Source: an uncultured Rikenellaceae bacterium
GTDB lineage: Bacteria > Bacteroidota > Bacteroidia > Bacteroidales > VadinHA17
NCBI GenBank assembly: GCA_964429295.1
Contig: CAYSBL010000012.1
Coordinates: 1,646-65,645 of the forward strand
DNA length: 64,000 nt
Direction of reading: 5' to 3'
This document shows positions 52,808-59,014 of this stretch, piece by piece. The notes beneath the pieces are model-generated. The model was given only the letters and a program-made list of their open reading frames with translations, searched no databases and was not told where the DNA came from. Position 1 is the first letter of the stretch; the number at the start of each line of letters is the position of its first letter. Position numbers and translations under genes: made by a program.

Positions 52808-54468
52808 TTAAGACCATAATTACACCTGTACTACTGATGCTTCTTACAGCATTTCCGGCTGCCCGGGCAACCGGAGAAGAGGTTTTGATTCTTCATACCG
52901 ACCGCCGGATGTATGTTGCAGGAGAAATCATGTGGTTCAGCATTTATGTAAGCAACTTTCAGAACGGCCTGTCAACGGCAGGAAGCAGTGTGGTCAGTGT
53001 GGAACTGGTCAATCCATGGAACATGCCCGTGGCTCAATCGCGTTTCGCCCTTTCAGACGGAAGGGGAAAAGGAGATCTTATCATCCCCGACACCCTCAGT
53101 TCCGGCACCTATCTGCTAAAGGCTTATGGCGGTCAGATAGGGAACACCCCGGCAGAACGATGCTTTATCCAGAAAATCGGGATATACAATCCATTAGCAG
53201 GCGAAGAATATTTCCGGATTACACGGAATAAATCAGGTTCCGGTTTATCTTCTGGTTTTGATTTTTCAGAAATCGAAATAATGACCGACAGTGTAAAAGA
53301 AAGAAGGGAAAGTATTAATGTAAGACTAAATACCAATTCAGGGCCTGCCGGTCTTAGTATTTCAATAGTACCCGCCGGAATTTCAGCCGGCAGTCCTGAA
53401 GCCGGACTGATGGCTGAACCAGGATATTCATCAGGATCTTTTAAGTCCGGGAATTCCGGTCATTATCTGTCCGGTTCCTTAAGATACCGTAATCCGGTCA
53501 CAACTGATTCCTCCCGTTTCCTGTATGCTTCTGTGAGAGGAAAAACTGCGGAATTCTATCATGCACGGATTGGCGTCAACGGCCGGTTCGACCTGCGCCT
53601 GCCAATAGACAGCAGGGAAAGGGTGCTTATAATCCAGCCCGGGAACGCCGGAAGCAATGTAGCACTTGAAATCGATCCATCCTTTACGTCTTTCCATGAA
53701 CGGATGGCCCTGACCCGCGACACACTTGATGAATTTCAGCGTTCAGTCTTTTCCCGGCTGAGTTTTAATTTTCAGGCTGCCAGGATTTATGGAATCCCGC
53801 TTTTCGAAAACCAACCGGAGAAAACAGAACGAGCCGCCAGGACCAGGAGGTTTTACGGTATTCCGGAGATGGAAGTCCATCTTGACGATTACATCAGGCT
53901 TCCTGTTATGCAGGAGGTGTTTTTCGAGCTGCTGCCGGGCATCATACTCAGGAACAAGGACTCCGGATATGAAATTAAAATCACAAATCCCCTTACCGGG
54001 AAGTATTATGACGAGCCTCCCCTGGTTATGATCGACGGAGTCATTATCAACGACCTTAACATTCTTGCCGGACTCGATCCCGCTAAGGTAGAAAGGATTG
54101 AAGTTGTGATGACTCCGTATCTGACTGGAGACCTGATACTTCACGGAATTGTTAATGTAATAACACTGGAAGGCGATTTCGGTGAGATGACAATGCAGGA
54201 TTATGCAGCAATACTGCCCTACAGGTCCGTGGAAGAGCCAAAGGTTTTCATCCATCCGGATTATTCGGATTCCACCTTCGGTTCAGACCATATACCCGAC
54301 CTAAGGAACACCCTTTACTGGGAGCCGTCTTTGAAAACCGATAACCGTGGCAGAGCTGAGGTTGTTTTCCGAACATCCGATCAGCCGGGGCTGTATGAGA
54401 TAACAGTTTTCGGGCTCACTGAATCCGGAAAATGGGTATATGGCTCCAGGACTTTCAGGGTGGATTGA
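52804..54468 (+). CDS. secreted protein with N-terminal MG2-like beta-sandwich and C-terminal Plug-like segment (function unknown)
   Basis: ORF 52744 trimmed to ATG 52804 (an ATGA overlap with the DUF4249 stop). Signal peptide MIKTIITPVLLMLLTAFPAARA. PPLVMIDGVIINDLNILAGLDPAKVERIEVV resembles the TonB-receptor plug core. Confidence 0.55.
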   Translation: MIKTIITPVLLMLLTAFPAARATGEEVLILHTDRRMYVAGEIMWFSIYVSNFQNGLSTAGSSVVSVELVNPWNMPVAQSRFALSDGRGKGDLIIPDTLSSGTYLLKAYGGQIGNTPAERCFIQKIGIYNPLAGEEYFRITRNKSGSGLSSGFDFSEIEIMTDSVKERRESINVRLNTNSGPAGLSISIVPAGISAGSPEAGLMAEPGYSSGSFKSGNSGHYLSGSLRYRNPVTTDSSRFLYASVRGKTAEFYHARIGVNGRFDLRLPIDSRERVLIIQPGNAGSNVALEIDPSFTSFHERMALTRDTLDEFQRSVFSRLSFNFQAARIYGIPLFENQPEKTERAARTRRFYGIPEMEVHLDDYIRLPVMQEVFFELLPGIILRNKDSGYEIKITNPLTGKYYDEPPLVMIDGVIINDLNILAGLDPAKVERIEVVMTPYLTGDLILHGIVNVITLEGDFGEMTMQDYAAILPYRSVEEPKVFIHPDYSDSTFGSDHIPDLRNTLYWEPSLKTDNRGRAEVVFRTSDQPGLYEITVFGLTESGKWVYGSRTFRVD

Positions 54469-54487
54469 AACCAAAGGCTGGACAAAG

Positions 54488-54623
54488 GGCGCAGGGCGCA
54501 GGGCACAGGGGTCAGAGCTCAGGGCACAGGGCACAGAGCGCAGGTCCCAATATTGTCCCCGGTGTCTTTTATTCTGCTGTCCTGCGCCTTGTGTCTTGCG
54601 TCTTGTGTCTTGCCTCTTCTTCC
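54488..54623 (+). repeat. heptamer-phased G-rich arm (8 x GGCGCAG-like) and CU-rich arm (6 x CTGCGCC/TTGTGTC-like) forming a long G-U-dependent hairpin, with a G4 motif
   Basis: Left arm 54502-54543 pairs with right arm 54582-54623 at 35 of 42 positions (26 Watson-Crick plus 9 G-U), with a 38-nt loop. G4 motif GGGCGCAGGGCGCAGGGCACAGGGG at 54487-54511. Begins 19 nt after the upstream stop codon. Confidence 0.75.
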
Positions 54624-54676
54624 ATGAGCCGTCATTTCAAATTTCTGATTCCGGAACATTTTCATGTTTTATTCGG

Positions 54677-54684
54677 TATATTTG
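54677..54684 (+). promoter_or_regulatory. candidate -7 box for the decarboxylase beta-subunit gene
   Basis: TATATTTG is an exact TAnnTTTG match, 48 nt upstream of the ATG at 54732. Confidence 0.35.
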
Positions 54685-54689
54685 TCGAT

Positions 54690-54706
54690 TCCGTATCGGA
54701 TACGGA
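54690..54706. promoter_or_regulatory. perfect 17-bp palindrome just downstream of the -7 box (operator or 5'-UTR hairpin)
   Basis: TCCGTATC-G-GATACGGA has perfect 8+8 arms. Confidence 0.4.
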
Positions 54707-54731
54707 GTGAAGAATTTAAGCAAAACCTGAA

Positions 54732-55868
54732 ATGGAATTCTTACTTGATGGCATAACCAGCATTACCTGGCAGCAGATAGTGATGTGGATCACCGGCTTC
54801 GTCCTCATCTACCTCGCAATAGACAAGAAGCTTGAACCTCCCTTGCTTCTCCCCATGGGATTCGGGGCAATCCTGGTCAACCTGCCCCTGTCAGGGGTAT
54901 TGAACCAGACACTTCCCGGCATAGGTGAGGTAAGGGGAATTATCGACTGGATGTTCAGTGTGGGAATCGAAGCTTCTGAGGCGATGCCCATTCTGCTTTT
55001 TATAGGCATCGGTGCAATGATAGATTTTGGCCCGCTCCTCTCCAATCCCAGGCTTCTGCTCTTCGGGGCAGCAGCCCAGTTCGGGATCTTTGCAACAGTA
55101 ATCATTGCAACCCTTCTTGGTTTTGATCTCAGGGACGCTGCTTCCATCGGAATAATAGGTGCTGCCGACGGACCCACGTCAATCCTTGTCTCTCAGGTTT
55201 TGAAAAGCCGGTTCATCGGACCTATTGCCATCGCCGCATATTCATACATGGCACTGGTACCGATAATTCAGCCGTTTGCCATCAGGCTCTGCACAACGGA
55301 AAAGGAAAGGAAGATAAGGATGAAGTATAATCCGAAGAGTGTTTCACAGCTTACCAGAATACTCTTTCCAATTGCGGTCACGATAATTGCCGGCCTGGTT
55401 GCTCCGGCCTCGATTGCACTTGTGGGATTCCTAATGTTCGGTAACCTGATAAGGGAATGCGGAGTGCTCAGATCCTTATCAGAATCGGCACAGAAGGAAC
55501 TTGTCAACCTGATCACCCTTCTGCTGGGCATCACCATTGCAGCAAGCATGAAGGCGGAGTCATTCGTTTCGCTTCAGACTATCCTTATCATGCTGCTTGG
55601 ACTTGTGGCGTTTATCTTTGATACCATTGCCGGCGCAACCTTTGCAAGGATCCTCAATCTTTTCCTTAAGGAGAAGATTAATCCCATGGTAGGCGCTGCA
55701 GGTATATCGGCTTTCCCGATGTCGTCGCGCGTGATCCAGAGGATGGGCCTTGAAGCTGACCCGCAGAACCACCTTCTAATGCATGCGGCCGGAGCTAATG
55801 TCTCGGGACAGATTGCATCGGTTATAGCGGGCGGTGTGGTGATAAGTCTTGTACCCGGACTAATGTAG
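54732..55868 (+). CDS. sodium ion-translocating decarboxylase subunit beta (OadB/MmdB/GcdB family)
   Basis: 378 aa. The N-terminus ITWQQIVMWITGFVLIYLAIDKKLEPPLLLPMGFGAILVN and the polytopic body are typical of the Na+-pumping decarboxylase beta chain. Confidence 0.92.
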   Translation: MEFLLDGITSITWQQIVMWITGFVLIYLAIDKKLEPPLLLPMGFGAILVNLPLSGVLNQTLPGIGEVRGIIDWMFSVGIEASEAMPILLFIGIGAMIDFGPLLSNPRLLLFGAAAQFGIFATVIIATLLGFDLRDAASIGIIGAADGPTSILVSQVLKSRFIGPIAIAAYSYMALVPIIQPFAIRLCTTEKERKIRMKYNPKSVSQLTRILFPIAVTIIAGLVAPASIALVGFLMFGNLIRECGVLRSLSESAQKELVNLITLLLGITIAASMKAESFVSLQTILIMLLGLVAFIFDTIAGATFARILNLFLKEKINPMVGAAGISAFPMSSRVIQRMGLEADPQNHLLMHAAGANVSGQIASVIAGGVVISLVPGLM

Positions 55869-55878
55869 GAGACGGAAA

Positions 55879-56010
55879 ATGAACACTGACTTTATAAATG
55901 CACTGAAACTTGCCGGTATGGGAATGGCGGCAATCTTCCTGGTCATCCTCGTCATTTACCTTTTCGTTCACATGATACTTAAAATACCCGGCAGGAAGAA
56001 AAAGGCGTGA
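55879..56010 (+). CDS. 43-aa OadG-like small membrane subunit (not in the ORF track)
   Basis: ATG 55879 to TGA 56008-56010 encodes MNTDFINALKLAGMGMAAIFLVILVIYLFVHMILKIPGRKKKA. A single TM with the L-x-G-M-G-x-V/IF pattern of OadG/decarboxylase gamma-delta anchors. Starts 10 nt after the beta subunit. Confidence 0.55.
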   Translation: MNTDFINALKLAGMGMAAIFLVILVIYLFVHMILKIPGRKKKA

Positions 56011-56072
56011 GCCTGATCACGGAACGTTATATTTATTTGCACATTTGTAAAAATCTAAACAGGGATATACTT

Positions 56073-56249
56073 ATGGAAGATATTGAAATTTGTCACTGCA
56101 ACGGTATCATGAAAAGCGAAATCGTTAAAGCTATCAGGGAAAAAGGGCTGAGGACAGTTGAAGAGGTACAGGATGCTACTGAGGCCGGTACCGGATGCGG
56201 AGGATGCGTCGACGACATTGAAGAAATCCTGAAGGAAGTCAACGGTTAG
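56073..56249 (+). CDS. BFD-like [2Fe-2S]-binding protein
   Basis: ORF 56007 trimmed to ATG 56073. MEDIEICHCNGIMKSEIVKAI...GTGCGGCVDDIEEIL shows the C-x-C ... C-x2-C pattern of Bfd-like domains. Confidence 0.8.
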   Translation: MEDIEICHCNGIMKSEIVKAIREKGLRTVEEVQDATEAGTGCGGCVDDIEEILKEVNG

Positions 56250-56265
56250 CGGCTGATAAAGGAAT

Positions 56266-58125
56266 TCATTTTATTTTCACGGGCCTGATCATATTCTCGG
56301 GAGCGAGGATCTGATCGAGTTTTTCCTTTGACAGCAATCCCCTTTCCAGGACGAGGGAATAAACAGACAGGTTCTTCTCCAGGGCTTCCCTGGCAATTGA
56401 ATTCAGGTCCTGATATGCTATATAGGGAACCAGTGCTGTGATTATCCCGATGCTGTTCTGGACCAGGTCCCGGCATCGTTCCTCGTTGGCACTAATCCCG
56501 TCGATACAGCGATGGCGGAGTGTGTTCATCCCGTTTATCAGCATCTCGACTGATTCGAATAAACAATGGACTATTACTGGTTCGAACACATTAAGCTCGA
56601 GCTGACCTCCTTCGGAAGCCAGGGTCACGGTAAGATCATTCCCTATCACCTTGAAAGCTATCTGGTTGACAACCTCAGGAATGACCGGATTCACCTTGCC
56701 GGGCATTATTGAAGAACCGGGCTGTTGGGGAGGAAGGTTGATCTCATTAAAACCCGCCCTCGGTCCTGACGATAGTAGTCTGAGATCGTTGCAGATCTTT
56801 GAAAGCTTGACTGCCAGCCTCTTCACAGCAGATGAATACATCACGAATGCACCTGTGTCCTGAGTCGCCTCTACAAGATTGGATGCAAGAACAAGGTTCA
56901 GCCCGGAGATCTTCCTGAGGTATTTTACTACCAGTTCCGCATATCCGGGTTCGGTGTTGATTCCGGTGCCGATGGCCGTTGCACCCATATTGATCTCAAG
57001 GAAGAATTTTGAATTTAGATTGAGCCGCTCAATTTCCTCCTCAAGGGTGACCGCATATGCCTCGAACTCCTGTCCGAGAGTCATCGGGACAGCATCCTGA
57101 AGCTGGGTTCTGCCCATCTTTATGATGTGGGAAAAATCCCTTCCCTTCTTCCTGAACGATGCAACAAGCCTTGTAAGAACAGCAATCAGGTTTTTGTTTG
57201 AATTGAACAGTGCAATCTTGATAGCAGTCGGATAAACGTCATTCGTCGACTGCGAAAGGTTCACATGGTTATTCGGGTGACAATATTTGTATTCTCCCCT
57301 CTTGCGTCCCAGTATTTTAAGCGCACGGTTGGCAATCACCTCATTGGCATTCATGTTGGTCGACGTACCTGCTCCTCCCTGTATCATGTCGACCACAAAA
57401 TGATTGTGATATTTCCCGTATCTTATTTCCCTGCAGGCCATGACTATTGCATCCTTTATGGCAGGGTCGAGGAGTCCGAGCCGGAAGTTTGCTTCGGCTG
57501 CCGATTCCTTAACCATCGCCAGCGCCTCAATAAGTGAGGGGAAAAAACTTAAAGTGATGCCCGTGATATTGAAGTTCTCCACCGCTCTCAGGGTCTGAAT
57601 TCCGTAATATGATTCATAAGGCACCTCCCTTTCACCTAACAGATCGCTTTCTGTCCTGGTCTTTCCGGATACATACTGGGCAGCAGGATTCATCATCCGG
57701 GTATTGGCATTGCGCATTCGCCTCGATACGATTCCTGTTATATTTGAGAGTATCTTAAGTGTGGTACCGGCATTGTATCCGAAGAATTCGCGGTTAACAT
57801 CAAGAAGAATGGTCTTCCTTGTTACTCTCGAGGATGTTGAATGCACTGATCCCGGATCGAGAATTCCTTCGCCGAGGAAATCTCCCCTGCCGAAAATGGC
57901 CAGCCGGACTTCAACACCGTAAGAATCCCTCTTAAAGAGTTCAACTTCACCGTCAAATATTATGAAGATATCTTCCCTGGGACTGTTTTCCCTGAAGATG
58001 ATCTCTCCGGCTTCGCAATGTTTCTCAGTAACACTCCGTGAAAGCTGGCCCAGCTCTGCTTCATCGAGGTTCCTGAAAAGTTCAATGTTTCTTAGGAAAT
58101 CAAGGATTGTGCTTTTCTTGATCAT
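56266..58125 (-). CDS. aspA: aspartate ammonia-lyase fused to an N-terminal cyclic-nucleotide-binding-like domain
   Basis: ORF 56266..58197 starts at TTG; ATG 58125 gives MIKKSTILDFLRNIELFRNLDEAEL. Residues ~1-150 look like a cNMP-binding beta-roll (FRENSPREDIFIIFDGEVELF...GDFLGEGIL). The remainder is aspartase/fumarase class II with TNMNANEVIAN and the SS-loop GSSIMPGKVNP. Confidence 0.9.
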   Translation of the reverse strand: MIKKSTILDFLRNIELFRNLDEAELGQLSRSVTEKHCEAGEIIFRENSPREDIFIIFDGEVELFKRDSYGVEVRLAIFGRGDFLGEGILDPGSVHSTSSRVTRKTILLDVNREFFGYNAGTTLKILSNITGIVSRRMRNANTRMMNPAAQYVSGKTRTESDLLGEREVPYESYYGIQTLRAVENFNITGITLSFFPSLIEALAMVKESAAEANFRLGLLDPAIKDAIVMACREIRYGKYHNHFVVDMIQGGAGTSTNMNANEVIANRALKILGRKRGEYKYCHPNNHVNLSQSTNDVYPTAIKIALFNSNKNLIAVLTRLVASFRKKGRDFSHIIKMGRTQLQDAVPMTLGQEFEAYAVTLEEEIERLNLNSKFFLEINMGATAIGTGINTEPGYAELVVKYLRKISGLNLVLASNLVEATQDTGAFVMYSSAVKRLAVKLSKICNDLRLLSSGPRAGFNEINLPPQQPGSSIMPGKVNPVIPEVVNQIAFKVIGNDLTVTLASEGGQLELNVFEPVIVHCLFESVEMLINGMNTLRHRCIDGISANEERCRDLVQNSIGIITALVPYIAYQDLNSIAREALEKNLSVYSLVLERGLLSKEKLDQILAPENMIRPVKIK

Positions 58126-58198
58126 TGCCCTGGCTTTAATTAGTAAGTGAAGAACAGGTTTAAAAACAAAGATATTCGGATTTTTATACCGCTGCAAT

Positions 58199-58233
58199 TT
58201 AATTACGTAACGCTTACTTAATTAATTACGTAA
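58199..58233. promoter_or_regulatory. two copies of TTAATTACGTAA (TTACGTAA palindrome core), 23 bp apart, in the aspA / cold-shock divergent region
   Basis: Identical 12-mers at 58199-58210 and 58222-58233. The second extends to the perfect 12-bp palindrome AATTACGTAATT. Lies 74-108 bp upstream of the aspA-fusion ATG. Confidence 0.4.
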
Positions 58234-58286
58234 TTCCGGATTGCAGGTCAGATATGCTGCAAAGCAGAATGTATTGATTTTTTCAG

Positions 58287-58294
58287 TATCTTTG
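58287..58294 (+). promoter_or_regulatory. candidate -7 box for the cold-shock-domain gene (long 5' UTR)
   Basis: TATCTTTG is an exact TAnnTTTG match, about 123 nt upstream of the ATG at 58417. Long leaders are usual for csp genes. Confidence 0.35.
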
Positions 58295-58416
58295 CGACTG
58301 GTTCCTGCTTTTCGGTATCAAGCATTTTCCTCTGATCACACAACCGGTTAGTAAATATTTGCCACTGCCATTCCGTTCAGCCGGAACAATATTTATCCAT
58401 TTAAAAAAAATCATTT

Positions 58417-58875
58417 ATGGGAAGATCTCAGGAGACAATGGGCAAAAAGGAAGTAAGGAACAAGAAGGAAAAAAAGAGAAAGGAAAAGGAAAAGAAACGA
58501 GCTTTAAAGAAAAGCGAAGGCAAAAAGAGCAGTTTCGATGATATGATTGCCTATGTCGATGAGTTTGGAGTGATATCCTCAACTCCCCCCGATCCCACGA
58601 GAAAGAAACAGGAAGTGGCAGCGGAAGACATCGAGATACAAGTTGTCAGAACCAATGAGGAAGATGCTCCCGATTATCACAGAAAGGGCATCGTTACATT
58701 CTACAATGATTCAAAAGGTTTCGGATTCATTCGCGATCTGGAATCGAACCAGAGATTGTTTTTTCATGCCAGTGATGTACAGGAGCCCGTCAGGGAGGAC
58801 AATGTCGTGGCCTTTGAAAAAGGCAAGGGGCCTAAAGGCATCTCAGCTATCAACGTAAGGCTCTTCAAAGAATAA
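58417..58875 (+). CDS. cold-shock domain protein with lysine/glutamate-rich N-terminal extension
   Basis: The C-terminal CSD carries GIVTFYNDSKGFGFIRD (RNP1-like KGFGFI) and FFHASDV. The N-terminal ~40 aa are KKEVRNKKEKKRKEKEKKRALKK. Confidence 0.85.
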   Translation: MGRSQETMGKKEVRNKKEKKRKEKEKKRALKKSEGKKSSFDDMIAYVDEFGVISSTPPDPTRKKQEVAAEDIEIQVVRTNEEDAPDYHRKGIVTFYNDSKGFGFIRDLESNQRLFFHASDVQEPVREDNVVAFEKGKGPKGISAINVRLFKE

Positions 58876-59014
58876 ACCTTTTCATCACAATACCATCAGG
58901 CCTTACAATTTCCAAAAAATCATATTGATTTCCCGGTGAGGAATATTTGATTACCTTTGCGCCCTTGTTAAAAAACAACCCGACCGCTCCCGGAGCCACG
59001 AATAAAAATACTTG

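Noticed and set aside
54432-54730. Two overlapping plus-strand ORFs (92 and 96 aa) through the heptamer arrays.
   Set aside because: The composition is dictated by the GGCGCAG / CTTGTGT repeats (RAQG and CVLRLVS strings). Both start inside the upstream gene. The RNA-structure explanation fits better.
58126-58197. Extended N-termini offered by the ORF track from non-ATG starts. Examples are 58197 TTG for the aspartase fusion, 265 TTG, 8090 TTG, 13746 TTG, 36043 GTG, 48940 TTG, 59012 TTG and 52744.
   Set aside because: In each case an in-frame ATG a few codons downstream gives a more typical N-terminus, either a signal peptide or a conserved family start, or it removes an overlap. The starts remain unverified.
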